From Shigella phage SHSML-52-1: 64,000 bases of DNA. This document shows positions 32,694-41,159 of the stretch, piece by piece; position 1 is the first letter of the stretch, and each line of letters starts with the position of its first letter. The stretch lies in the sequence record KX130865; one strand, given 5' to 3'. The notes below the pieces were generated by a model. That model saw nothing but the letters and a program-made list of their open reading frames with translations, made no database searches and was not told where the DNA came from. The translations under genes were made by a program, and so were the position numbers.

Positions 32694-33184
32694 TGATTAA
32701 CAAAACATATTGGTCTAATATAGACGATGGCAACGAAGGTATTTCGTACTATTCAGTGGATTGGACAGGATGTCCATCCTACTTAGTGAAACGTATTTGC
32801 CAAGAATTTAAAATCGACCAGCCAGCAGGTATTATCGTGAACAGATACATTAATGGATATCAACCTATCGATGAAGTAATACGAACAACTCAAGCTGAGC
32901 TTGAAAAGTTTTTCAATAAGTGCCAATGGATAACAGGATGGATTATATTTGTACCGTCGGTATGGTTTTTCAGTACTAAGGTGAGTTCTTTCGGTTTTGT
33001 TGATATTATTGCTATCTTATTAGCATCTAGTATCGTAAGTGTTGTTGGTGGCATCATTGGCGGCGGTACCGCCGCCATCATTATTAATCTTATTAAAAGT
33101 AGTTTACAAGAACATAAAGACAAGATAAAAGCCAAGAATAATGAAGTTGAACGTTTTATTACCGAATGCAGGAATTTGAGATGA
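32693..33184 (+). CDS. membrane protein, FIKECR-tail family member D
   Basis: 163 aa; hydrophobic central region with G-rich helix; ends ...ERFITECRNLR overlapping the next start. Confidence 0.55.
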   Translation: MINKTYWSNIDDGNEGISYYSVDWTGCPSYLVKRICQEFKIDQPAGIIVNRYINGYQPIDEVIRTTQAELEKFFNKCQWITGWIIFVPSVWFFSTKVSSFGFVDIIAILLASSIVSVVGGIIGGGTAAIIINLIKSSLQEHKDKIKAKNNEVERFITECRNLR

Positions 33185-33417
33185 GTATAGCAATTTACAT
33201 TAAATCAGAATCATGTGATAGTTATCTGTACACATATGATAAAGATGTGTCAGAAGAAAAAATCAAAGACGACCTTAATACGGACCTTGATATGTTCTGT
33301 CCTATTGCAGATTACAAACTTGCGGTCTCTAATAGTGAAAGTCCATCTAAAGAAACGCGCATTGAAGAATTTATGTCTGAATTAATGGCCAAATCATGGG
33401 ACCGAGATGATGAGTAA
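33181..33417 (+). CDS. hypothetical protein
   Basis: 78 aa from ATG 33181 (ATGA overlap with upstream stop). Confidence 0.45.
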   Translation: MSIAIYIKSESCDSYLYTYDKDVSEEKIKDDLNTDLDMFCPIADYKLAVSNSESPSKETRIEEFMSELMAKSWDRDDE

Positions 33418-33865
33418 GAAAAATAAAGTGAAAGAGCTATCAGCCGGTATTATTTTCCTTACCGAAGATAAAGAGTTATTCATGGGGCGTGTAACTGGTT
33501 CTCGTCCTAAAGGTGCATTAACTCATCGGTGGGATATTCCTAAAGGCCGTGTCGAACCTGGCGAATCTCCTATTGAAGCCGCTATTCGTGAATGCGAAGA
33601 AGAAACTGGGTTTACACAATATGACCCTGCCTTCCTGAAAGACCTAGGTGAACATCATTACTCAGACAATAAGAATATTCATCTGTTCCTATATACCATC
33701 CCTGTAGAGCACGAGCAATTCAGAAACAGTGTTTGTAATTCCTATCATACATTCCAAGGCGGACGACAGATTCCTGAATTTGATGCATTCGCTTTAATTA
33801 AACCTTCTCAATGGGAATATGTAATGGGCAAATCGTTATATAAGGTGCTCACTACCCTCCTATAA
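33407..33865 (+). CDS. nudE: Nudix hydrolase NudE (e.1)
   Basis: 152 aa; Nudix box GRVEPGESPIEAAIRECEEETG; adjacent to lysozyme e as in T4. Confidence 0.85.
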   Translation: MMSKKNKVKELSAGIIFLTEDKELFMGRVTGSRPKGALTHRWDIPKGRVEPGESPIEAAIRECEEETGFTQYDPAFLKDLGEHHYSDNKNIHLFLYTIPVEHEQFRNSVCNSYHTFQGGRQIPEFDAFALIKPSQWEYVMGKSLYKVLTTLL

Positions 33866-33867
33866 GT

Positions 33868-33897
33868 AATAAATACCTCCTATAAACGTGGGAGGTA
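33868..33897 (+). promoter_or_regulatory. late promoter-like AATAAATA plus SD-sequestering hairpin of gene e
   Basis: AATAAATA 33868-33875; arms TACCTCC 33874-33880 and GGAGGTA 33891-33897, the right arm being the SD of e; same layout as the classic T4 e control region. Confidence 0.6.
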
Positions 33898-33899
33898 TT

Positions 33900-34388
33900 A
33901 TGAATATATTTGAAATGCTTCGTAATGACGAAGGTCTTAGACTGACTTTATACAAAGACACTGAAGGCTTTTGGACGATTGGCATAGGCCATTTAGTAAC
34001 AAAGAACCCGTCTTTAGCCGTAGCTAAAGCTGAACTTGACAGAATGATCGGCCGTAAATGCAACGGTACAATTACCCTTGATGAGGCTGAAAAGCTATTT
34101 AATGAAGACGTTGATAAAGCTGTCCGCGGAATCTTGGGTAATGCTAAACTTAAACCGGTATATGATTCTTTAGATGCAGTTCGTCGGTGTGCATTGGTCA
34201 ATATGGTCTTCCAAATGGGTGTAGCAGGAGTCGCCGGTTTTACTAATTCTCTTCGTATGCTTAAACAGAAACGTTGGGATGAAGCGGCAGTAAATCTAGC
34301 TCAATCTAAATGGTATCGTCAGACACCTAATCGCGCGAAACGCGTAATCTCAACATTTAAAACAGGAACTTGGAAAGCGTATATATGA
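33900..34388 (+). CDS. e: endolysin (T4 lysozyme e)
   Basis: Begins [32 protein letters not shown], near-identical to T4 lysozyme; start at ATG 33900 not the upstream GTG. Confidence 0.95.
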   Translation: MNIFEMLRNDEGLRLTLYKDTEGFWTIGIGHLVTKNPSLAVAKAELDRMIGRKCNGTITLDEAEKLFNEDVDKAVRGILGNAKLKPVYDSLDAVRRCALVNMVFQMGVAGVAGFTNSLRMLKQKRWDEAAVNLAQSKWYRQTPNRAKRVISTFKTGTWKAYI

Positions 34389-34666
34389 AAACATATAGTG
34401 AATTTTTATCAGAATCTATTCTTAACGAAGCTACTGACACATTTGCAACTAAGCTAGGTGCAGCTTTGGTTGAAGCTGAAAGTCTATTAGCACGTATTTC
34501 TGAACTTGCTAGTAAGATAGATACTCGCAAATTTGAACGTACCAGCGATATCGCTAAGCTTGAAGCCTTGTTGCGTATGTGCGATAAACCAGAAGAAATC
34601 GCTAAGAACGGCTCGCTGATGAAACAACGTCTTGAAAAATATATTTCAGGCGCTTCAGAAAAATAG
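34385..34666 (+). CDS. capsid-targeted internal protein-like ([13 protein letters not shown])
   Basis: 93 aa from ATG 34385 (ATGA overlap with the e stop); L-S-E cleavage context. Confidence 0.6.
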   Translation: MKTYSEFLSESILNEATDTFATKLGAALVEAESLLARISELASKIDTRKFERTSDIAKLEALLRMCDKPEEIAKNGSLMKQRLEKYISGASEK

Positions 34667-34667
34667 T

Positions 34668-34697
34668 GTTTACTTCCTCTAAGGGTTTTGATACTAT
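34668..34697 (+). promoter_or_regulatory. early promoter (-35 GTTTAC, -10 TACTAT)
   Basis: GTTTAC 34668-34673, 18-nt spacer, TACTAT 34692-34697; upstream of denV. Confidence 0.55.
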
Positions 34698-34724
34698 ACA
34701 TTCATCAACTACTTGGAGGAAATT

Positions 34725-35138
34725 ATGACTCGTATCAATTTAACACTTGTTTCTGAACTGACCGATCAACATCTTATGGCTGAGTATCGTGAATTACCAC
34801 GCGTATTTAGTGCAGTCCGTAAACATGTCCAAAACGGTAAACGTGTAAAGGATTTTAAAATCTCTCCAACATTTATCTTAGGCACAGGTCACGTAACATT
34901 CTTTTACGACAAACTCGAATTTTTACGTTTACGTCAAATCGAGCTAATTGCCGAATGCTTGAAACGTGGTTTCAAAATCAAGGACACGACAGTCCAGGAT
35001 ATTTCCGACATCCCTGCCGAATTTCGTAATAATTATGTCCCGTCCGAAGCGTCCGTTGCGATAAGTCAAGCACGCTTAGATGAAAAAATTGCTCAACGTC
35101 CTACTTGGTACAAATACTATGGTAAATCAATTTACTAA
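34725..35138 (+). CDS. denV: endonuclease V (pyrimidine dimer DNA glycosylase)
   Basis: 137 aa beginning [28 protein letters not shown], near-identical to T4 DenV; GGAGG SD. Confidence 0.95.
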   Translation: MTRINLTLVSELTDQHLMAEYRELPRVFSAVRKHVQNGKRVKDFKISPTFILGTGHVTFFYDKLEFLRLRQIELIAECLKRGFKIKDTTVQDISDIPAEFRNNYVPSEASVAISQARLDEKIAQRPTWYKYYGKSIY

Positions 35139-35144
35139 GGAAAA

Positions 35145-35405
35145 ATGAAAATGTATCAAGAATTTATCATTGAAGCAGATGCCAAAGGTCCTAAATTTAA
35201 AGTTAAAGCTTTCATTGGTGATGCCGAAGACTTTGGCTCATTAAAACGTAATGGGTATTCTTTCTTAGGTGGCGATGGTAAAGAAATCAACACCTATGCA
35301 AAACGTAGTGAAATTGCTTATGTTGTAGTAAATCCTAAAGTAGATGTTGACGATATTGGATACGATTTTAACAACTTCGGAATTATTTCTGGCGGTAAAG
35401 CTTAA
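35145..35405 (+). CDS. capsid-targeted internal protein-like (CTS MKMYQEFIIE)
   Basis: 86 aa; I-I-E cleavage context at residue 10. Confidence 0.55.
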   Translation: MKMYQEFIIEADAKGPKFKVKAFIGDAEDFGSLKRNGYSFLGGDGKEINTYAKRSEIAYVVVNPKVDVDDIGYDFNNFGIISGGKA

Positions 35406-35408
35406 ATT

Positions 35409-35438
35409 GTTTACGCTTAAGTATTAATATGGTATAAT
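35409..35438 (+). promoter_or_regulatory. early promoter (-35 GTTTAC, -10 TATAAT)
   Basis: GTTTAC 35409-35414, 18-nt spacer, TATAAT 35433-35438. Confidence 0.6.
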
Positions 35439-35469
35439 TACTCTATCAAAACAAACAAGGAAACAAAAA

Positions 35470-35772
35470 ATGAAAACATATCAAGAATTTATTACTGAAG
35501 CGCGAGTGAGTGCAGGTAAATTAGAAGCCGCTATAAATAAAAAGGCCCATTCATTTCATGATTTGTCCGATAAAGACCGTAAGAAACTTGTAAGCCTTTA
35601 TATTGACAAAGAGCGTATTCTCGCTCTTCCTGGCGCTAATGAAGGTAAACAGGCCAAGCCTTTGAATGCTGTCGAAAAGAAAATTGATAACTTTGCTTCT
35701 AAATTCGGTATGTCTATGGATGACCTTCAGCAAGCGGCTATCGAAGCAGCTAAAGTAATTAAAGGTAAATAA
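35470..35772 (+). CDS. capsid-targeted internal protein-like (CTS MKTYQEFITE; IPII-sized)
   Basis: 100 aa, same length as T4 IPII; I-T-E cleavage context. Confidence 0.6.
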   Translation: MKTYQEFITEARVSAGKLEAAINKKAHSFHDLSDKDRKKLVSLYIDKERILALPGANEGKQAKPLNAVEKKIDNFASKFGMSMDDLQQAAIEAAKVIKGK

Positions 35773-35885
35773 CAGTTTACTTTCTCCTAGAATTGTGATA
35801 GTATATTCATAATTACTTAGAGGGGTAAATACAGAAATGGACAATTCATGCGCCACGGAATGGCCCAACCTAAAAGAGAAACTAA

Positions 35886-36425
35886 ATGAGAACATTTTTA
35901 ACTGGTCCTTATCTATCCCTGATGAATGCTTTTACACACCATTCTGATGCTAGAGTAGAAGAAATTTGTAAGAACGGTTATGCCCCACCATTTGAAGACG
36001 TACTCAAGCAGTACTGTACACTTCGTTTAGACGGCGGCAGACAATCAGGTAAATCAATTGCTGTGACTAACTTTGCTGCTAATTGGCTGTATGATGGTGG
36101 AACAGTTATTGTTCTTTCTAATACTTCAGCTTATGCTAAAATTTCTGCTGGCAACATTGAAAAAGAATTTTCTCGTTATTCTAGCGATGATATTCGATTC
36201 CGTTTATTTACTGATTCTGTCCGTAGTTTTATTGGCAATGAAGGTTCTAAATTCCGTGGATTAACGCTTTCTCGTATTCTGTACATAATTGACGAGCCTA
36301 TTAAAGCTCCTGATATGGATAAGATTTACAATGTCCATATTAAAACAGTCCAACACTGTTGCAAAAGCAAATATTGCATCGGCGGTATTGCTCGTCCTCA
36401 ATTTTTTGTGATTGGAATGCAATGA
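35886..36425 (+). CDS. small P-loop NTPase-like protein
   Basis: 179 aa; Walker A-like GGRQSGKS and Walker B-like ILYIIDE. Confidence 0.5.
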   Translation: MRTFLTGPYLSLMNAFTHHSDARVEEICKNGYAPPFEDVLKQYCTLRLDGGRQSGKSIAVTNFAANWLYDGGTVIVLSNTSAYAKISAGNIEKEFSRYSSDDIRFRLFTDSVRSFIGNEGSKFRGLTLSRILYIIDEPIKAPDMDKIYNVHIKTVQHCCKSKYCIGGIARPQFFVIGMQ

Positions 36426-36730
36426 TGACCGCTATTGAAGTTTTTGAATATTGTTATAACAGCCCAGTATGCAATAAAAGGGCTCTTGTAGAAAATTACG
36501 AGATTTACCATTTTAAACCTAAACGATACCGTTTGACTAAAGGTCCGTTCGCAGGGCAGCAGGTTCTTTGTACTGCTCCTAATGCACGGTTGATGACTAG
36601 TATTCCGCATTTCAAAATGGAATTTATTGATGGGCCGTTTAAGGGATTAATCACTCAAAGTTTAATGGCGTTTAATTCTGACCCATTTTTGATTAAAGAA
36701 AAAACTTGGATAAATTTATTTTCTAATTGA
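36422..36730 (+). CDS. hypothetical protein
   Basis: 102 aa from ATG 36422 (ATGATGA overlap with upstream stop). Confidence 0.5.
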   Translation: MMTAIEVFEYCYNSPVCNKRALVENYEIYHFKPKRYRLTKGPFAGQQVLCTAPNARLMTSIPHFKMEFIDGPFKGLITQSLMAFNSDPFLIKEKTWINLFSN

Positions 36731-36736
36731 GGTTAT

Positions 36737-37099
36737 ATGAAAGCATATCAAATTCTTGAAGGCACACACAAAGGCACTATTTATTTTGAAGACGGTACTC
36801 AAGCCCGGATTATTGTCTCTAAGACTTTTAAAGAAGACGCTATTGTAGACCCGGAAATTTTCTACGGTTTACATGCCCGCGAAATTGAAATTGAACATCA
36901 ACCTAAAGTTAAAATTGAAGGTGGTCAACACCTGAACGTTAATGTTCTGCGTCGTGAAACTCTGGAAGATGCAGTTAAGCATCCAGAAAAATATCCGCAG
37001 TTGACCATCCGTGTATCCGGTTATGCAGTTCGCTTTAACTCTCTGACTCCGGAACAGCAGCGTGACGTTATCGCTCGTACCTTTACTGAGAGTCTATAA
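36737..37099 (+). CDS. autonomous glycyl radical cofactor (GrcA/YfiD-like)
   Basis: 120 aa; C-terminal half [60 protein letters not shown] matches the E. coli GrcA glycyl-radical domain as I recall it. Confidence 0.85.
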   Translation: MKAYQILEGTHKGTIYFEDGTQARIIVSKTFKEDAIVDPEIFYGLHAREIEIEHQPKVKIEGGQHLNVNVLRRETLEDAVKHPEKYPQLTIRVSGYAVRFNSLTPEQQRDVIARTFTESL

Positions 37100-37323
37100 T
37101 GGCTAAATTGATTATAGAAGGGTCTGAAGATGTTTTAAAATGTTTTGCCGCCTGGTTTAGTTGCTCAGGCGAGCAATCATTCATTGAAGCATTTAGAATG
37201 GGTGATATTACTGGAAACTATCCGGCAACTGATATCACTGTACGTGGATATGGTATTAATGAGCCTATCCAATTGGTCGAATATGACCTTGCCACCGATG
37301 AGGAAATTCCTTATGTCGATTGA
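37099..37323 (+). CDS. hypothetical protein
   Basis: 74 aa; TAATG overlap with upstream gene. Confidence 0.5.
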   Translation: MAKLIIEGSEDVLKCFAAWFSCSGEQSFIEAFRMGDITGNYPATDITVRGYGINEPIQLVEYDLATDEEIPYVD

Positions 37324-37579
37324 AGATATTAAAGGCTACAAGCCACATACCGACGATAAAATCGGTAAAGTGAACGCTATTAAAGATGCAGAAGTCCGTC
37401 TTGGATTGTTGTTTGATGCTCTGATTGAAGAAGCATATATCTTGAAAGAAAATGAAACAGAGCAACAAACCAAAGAAGATATGGATGCAGTACAGGCTCT
37501 TAAGTATGCTAAGCAACATCTAAAAGAAGCCAGCATGTGGGCCTGTCGTGCAGTATTTCGACCTGAGGAAAAATACTAA
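37313..37579 (+). CDS. hypothetical protein
   Basis: 88 aa from ATG 37313; chosen over the 144-aa overlapping track ORF from 37145. Confidence 0.45.
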   Translation: MSIEDIKGYKPHTDDKIGKVNAIKDAEVRLGLLFDALIEEAYILKENETEQQTKEDMDAVQALKYAKQHLKEASMWACRAVFRPEEKY

Positions 37580-37878
37580 TGGCTCAAATCCTATCGGGCT
37601 TTGGAACTCATTATGAAGCATCTCGACGCATAACTGAAAGCAATCCTTTTGGCCTTGTTCCGAAGCACAAGAAAATTCAAAGCCTTGATGACTTTGAGAA
37701 CCGCCTATGGGCCCTCTTTAATGAGTACAAGGCATATCTGAAAGAAGACGCTGACGATTGTCTTGAAGAAGATGAGATTGCGTATTACGAACAACGCCTT
37801 GAACAGCTCAAGAACTTCCATCAGGTTCGTGACGAAGTATCTAAAGCAGTTAAAAAGTTAATTCCTTTCAAAGAGTAG
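37579..37878 (+). CDS. hypothetical protein
   Basis: 99 aa; ATG overlaps upstream stop. Confidence 0.5.
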   Translation: MAQILSGFGTHYEASRRITESNPFGLVPKHKKIQSLDDFENRLWALFNEYKAYLKEDADDCLEEDEIAYYEQRLEQLKNFHQVRDEVSKAVKKLIPFKE

Positions 37879-37926
37879 TTTACTTCTCCTCTAGTTGTGT
37901 TACTATAGACTTGTCAACTAGAGGAG
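37878..37926 (+). promoter_or_regulatory. regB early promoter cassette with 12-bp perfect inverted repeat containing the SD
   Basis: GTTTAC 37878-37883; TACTAT 37901-37906; arms CTCCTCTAGTTG 37886-37897 and CAACTAGAGGAG 37915-37926. Confidence 0.65.
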
Positions 37927-37934
37927 AAATCAAA

Positions 37935-38393
37935 ATGACTATCAATTCGGAAGTTTTTATCCGCCGTAATAAACTCCGTCGAATCTTTGAAACGGAGTTC
38001 CGCAAAATAAATGCCGGTATAAAAGATGCTGCAAAGTCTCTTGGACTACCAGGCTTTCATATCAAGTATTCTCAACATCTCTTAGATCGTGCCATCCAGA
38101 GAGAAATAGATGAGAATTACGTTTTTGAATTATTTCATAAAGTAAAAAATCATGTTAAAGAAGTTGCAGAATTTTTATCAATGCCGGCACGTCCAGATGT
38201 TGATGAAGATTTTGTCGAAGGTGTCGAATATCGCCCAGGCCGTTTAGAAATAACTGACGGAAATCTTTGGTTAGGACTTACAGTTTGTCGCGAAAATCCA
38301 GCATTCAAAATGAAGACTCTTCAATGCAGAATGGCTATTATTAACAGTAAACGACTACCAGGAAAAGCTTCTAAAGCAGTGATTAAAATCTAG
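37935..38393 (+). CDS. regB: RegB site-specific endoribonuclease
   Basis: 152 aa beginning MTINSEVFIRRNKLRR and ending RLPGKASKAVIKI, near-identical to T4 RegB. Confidence 0.92.
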   Translation: MTINSEVFIRRNKLRRIFETEFRKINAGIKDAAKSLGLPGFHIKYSQHLLDRAIQREIDENYVFELFHKVKNHVKEVAEFLSMPARPDVDEDFVEGVEYRPGRLEITDGNLWLGLTVCRENPAFKMKTLQCRMAIINSKRLPGKASKAVIKI

Positions 38394-38401
38394 AGGTAAA
38401 C

Positions 38402-38944
38402 ATGAGAAAAGCACTACTCGCTGGTCTATTTGCTCTTTCGTTATCAGCACATAGCTCCGAGCATACTTTTAGTAATGTCCAACTCGATAACTTGAATTAT
38501 GCTTATCAGTTTGGGGAACAGTTTTCTAAGGATGGAAAATTTAAAACGCATGAAAATATGCATAAGAAAGGACTTGGATACATAATGGCCGCAATACTAT
38601 GGCAGGAATCATCTGCCGGTATTAATCTTAAAGATAAGAAAGGTCACCATGCGTATGGAATGTTCCAAAACTATCTACCAACAATGAGGGCAAGAATTAA
38701 CCAGCTTGGTTATAATATGACTGATGCCCAAATTAAGAAAATGCTATCTAAGCGGTCTAATTCAGCAAGATGGGCTTATATCGAATTTTCTTATTGGTTA
38801 AATATACATAACGGGGATATAAGAAAAGCTATATCCTCATATAATGCGGGATGGAAGACAAGTGCTGGAAGTAAATATGCTTCTGAAGTCCTAGAAAAGG
38901 CTAATTACCTTAAATCAAATAAACTACTGGAAATAAAAGAATGA
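38402..38944 (+). CDS. secreted lytic transglycosylase-like protein (SLT/lysozyme-like fold)
   Basis: 180 aa; signal peptide MRKALLAGLFALSLSAHS; catalytic-like ILWQESSAG and MFQNY, YNAGW motifs. Confidence 0.6.
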   Translation: MRKALLAGLFALSLSAHSSEHTFSNVQLDNLNYAYQFGEQFSKDGKFKTHENMHKKGLGYIMAAILWQESSAGINLKDKKGHHAYGMFQNYLPTMRARINQLGYNMTDAQIKKMLSKRSNSARWAYIEFSYWLNIHNGDIRKAISSYNAGWKTSAGSKYASEVLEKANYLKSNKLLEIKE

Positions 38945-39288
38945 CCAAAATGTTGGCTTTAATAGTTGGCTTGGTTTCATTTAACGCTCTTGCTAATACT
39001 ACATATACTGATGTAACGGAGTATACAAACAGAACGGCGTCTGATTATTGTGGTAAAAGTCAAGAGTGTAAAGTAGATTTTTCACAAAAATTGTTATATG
39101 CGTATAAAGACGGAGAAAAAGATGGGGCGTCTAGTAGGTTCAAGGCGTCTACCTTAATTAAAAGATACTATAAAAAATGGCAAATATTAGAATGCTCGGT
39201 GGCGGAACCTAAAGATAAGGCAGCATGCAATTCTATGGTGGACCGTCTAGTTGACTCTTATACTAGAGGACTTGCAGCAAGTGATTAA
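38941..39288 (+). CDS. secreted cysteine-containing small protein
   Basis: 115 aa; signal peptide MTKMLALIVGLVSFNALA; 5 Cys. Confidence 0.5.
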   Translation: MTKMLALIVGLVSFNALANTTYTDVTEYTNRTASDYCGKSQECKVDFSQKLLYAYKDGEKDGASSRFKASTLIKRYYKKWQILECSVAEPKDKAACNSMVDRLVDSYTRGLAASD

Positions 39289-39748
39289 AAACTATATCAA
39301 GGGCGATATTGTCGCCCTGTTTTCTAAAGGTAATAATATTGCTCATGGGTGCAATTGTTTTCATACAATGGGCGCTGGTGTAGCAGGTCAATTAGCAAAG
39401 GCTTATCCAAAAATTTTAGAAGCCGATAAACTTCAAACCGAATTCGGAGACGAGTCTAAACTCGGTTCCTATTCGGTTTATGAAAAATATTTTAAGACCC
39501 ATAAAGCTTATTGCTTTAATCTTTATACACAGTTTGAGCCGGGACCTAATTTTGAGTACTATGCTTTAATGAATTGTATAATAGAATTAAATGAATTCGG
39601 AAAAAATAAGATAACAAAGCCTGTAATTTATATGCCAAGAATTGGTGCAGGTATAGGTGGTGGAAACTGGGATATCATTGAAGAAATTCTTGATACATAT
39701 TCCACTAAACTAGAAATTGTGATTGTTGATTGGGAACCATTATTATGA
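39281..39748 (+). CDS. macro-domain-like protein (possible ADP-ribose binding/hydrolase); start codon uncertain
   Basis: No in-frame ATG near the 5' end; GTG 39281 is preceded by AGAGGA; motifs GNNIAHGCNCFHTMGAGVAG and PRIGAGIGGGNW resemble macro-domain ligand-binding loops. Confidence 0.45.
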   Translation: MIKNYIKGDIVALFSKGNNIAHGCNCFHTMGAGVAGQLAKAYPKILEADKLQTEFGDESKLGSYSVYEKYFKTHKAYCFNLYTQFEPGPNFEYYALMNCIIELNEFGKNKITKPVIYMPRIGAGIGGGNWDIIEEILDTYSTKLEIVIVDWEPLL

Positions 39749-39957
39749 ATGTGCATTACCCACATCCGTTTGATCCTAAAAATAAAGCAGTAATTATTCG
39801 TCAATGGGAACGCATTTGTCGTACTAAATGTCCAATTAATAGTCCACATGATGTCGATAAAGACTACATTGGAACATTCGTTGAATATACCTTTATTGAT
39901 AAGAAAGGTCGTAAACAGCATGTAGAAGAATACTGCTTAAAGGTGACATGGTTATGA
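39745..39957 (+). CDS. hypothetical protein
   Basis: 70 aa from ATG 39745 (ATGA overlap). Confidence 0.45.
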   Translation: MNVHYPHPFDPKNKAVIIRQWERICRTKCPINSPHDVDKDYIGTFVEYTFIDKKGRKQHVEEYCLKVTWL

Positions 39958-40139
39958 GTTTAAGTAAAGAACAAAAAGACAAACTCTTTTCTCTTATCCA
40001 CGAAGTTATGGATAAAAATAGCGAATTGGAAAAAGTTTGTAATGAATGCGGTCCTTTTAATACTGACGAATACGAAGAACTGTGTAAAGATTTTGACGAT
40101 AAAGAGCAAGAACTTATTGATTATATAAATTCATTATGA
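39948..40139 (+). CDS. hypothetical small acidic protein (paralog of next gene)
   Basis: 63 aa; LSKEQKDKLFSLIHEV aligns with ITREQKNEILFLVGEI of the next ORF. Confidence 0.45.
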   Translation: MVMSLSKEQKDKLFSLIHEVMDKNSELEKVCNECGPFNTDEYEELCKDFDDKEQELIDYINSL

Positions 40140-40333
40140 TTACTCGCGAACAAAAGAACGAAATATTATTTTTAGTTGGTGAAATTATTAGTTTAGAAAA
40201 GGATTTGTCTTTTGAAATATCTTCTGAATATGGAGATGCCGAAACATATTACGAATTAGTAAAATCTATCAATAAAGCTGAAAATGATTTAGAAACATAT
40301 TTAGAAAATTTAACTAAGGACTCTTATGGCTAG
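40136..40333 (+). CDS. hypothetical small acidic protein (paralog of previous gene)
   Basis: 65 aa; overlaps both neighbours by a few nt. Confidence 0.45.
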   Translation: MITREQKNEILFLVGEIISLEKDLSFEISSEYGDAETYYELVKSINKAENDLETYLENLTKDSYG

Positions 40334-40907
40334 TTTAATTTTTACCTATGCCGCTATGAACGCTGGTAAGTCTGCTTCATTACTTACTGCCGCACATAAC
40401 TATAAAGAACGTGGCATGGGTGTATTAGTTCTTAAACCGGCTATTGATACTCGTGATTCAAAAGGTGAAATAGTCTCTCGTATTGGTATTCGTCAGGATG
40501 CCAATATAATTACAAAAGACATGGATATCTTTGAATTCTATAAATGGGCTGCAGCACAAAAGGATATTCACTGCGTATTTGTTGACGAAGCTCAGTTCTT
40601 AACTACTGAAAAGGTGTATCAACTTAGTCGTATTGTTGACGTATACAATGTGCCGGTAATGGCATATGGACTACGAACAGATTTTAAAGGTAATCTATTT
40701 GAAGGTTCTCAAGCATTAATGGCTATTGCCGATAAGCTTGTTGAACTTAAAGGTGTCTGTCATTGTGGTAAAAAGGCCACAATGGTAGCTAGAGTCACGG
40801 AAGACGGTCTTCCAATTACAGATGGCAGTCAAATTGAAATTGGTGATACCGATAGATATGTGTCATTATGCCGGAAGCATTGGAATGATTTGACAGGGTT
40901 GTTATAA
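40326..40907 (+). CDS. tk: thymidine kinase
   Basis: 193 aa as in T4; P-loop AMNAGKS, VDEAQF, zinc ribbon CHCGKKAT...C. Confidence 0.92.
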   Translation: MASLIFTYAAMNAGKSASLLTAAHNYKERGMGVLVLKPAIDTRDSKGEIVSRIGIRQDANIITKDMDIFEFYKWAAAQKDIHCVFVDEAQFLTTEKVYQLSRIVDVYNVPVMAYGLRTDFKGNLFEGSQALMAIADKLVELKGVCHCGKKATMVARVTEDGLPITDGSQIEIGDTDRYVSLCRKHWNDLTGLL

Positions 40908-40934
40908 ATACTAATATCTAACCAAGAGGTATAT

Positions 40935-41147
40935 ATGCAGCAATTAAACGAAAGACAACTTCGTAATCTTACTGTAACCCAATTGGATGAAATCCGAAGA
41001 GAATTAGGACATTCTATTTCTCATTTAAACGAGGATATCCGTCAAACTGGTTCTAAAGCTGATTATACACGCAAGCGAAAGCTGGAAAAATACCTCGCAG
41101 ATGTTAAGGCCGTCCAAAGGCGAAAAATAAATACTGGCCAAAATTAA
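40935..41147 (+). CDS. hypothetical protein
   Basis: 70 aa basic helical protein; AAGAGG SD. Confidence 0.5.
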   Translation: MQQLNERQLRNLTVTQLDEIRRELGHSISHLNEDIRQTGSKADYTRKRKLEKYLADVKAVQRRKINTGQN

Positions 41148-41159
41148 CAGGAGGCCTAT

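Noticed and set aside
37145-37579. 144-aa track ORF spanning two shorter genes
   Set aside because: Overlaps 37099-37323 in another frame for 180 nt; the region is better explained by two tandem genes (37099-37323 and 37313-37579) with normal start contexts.
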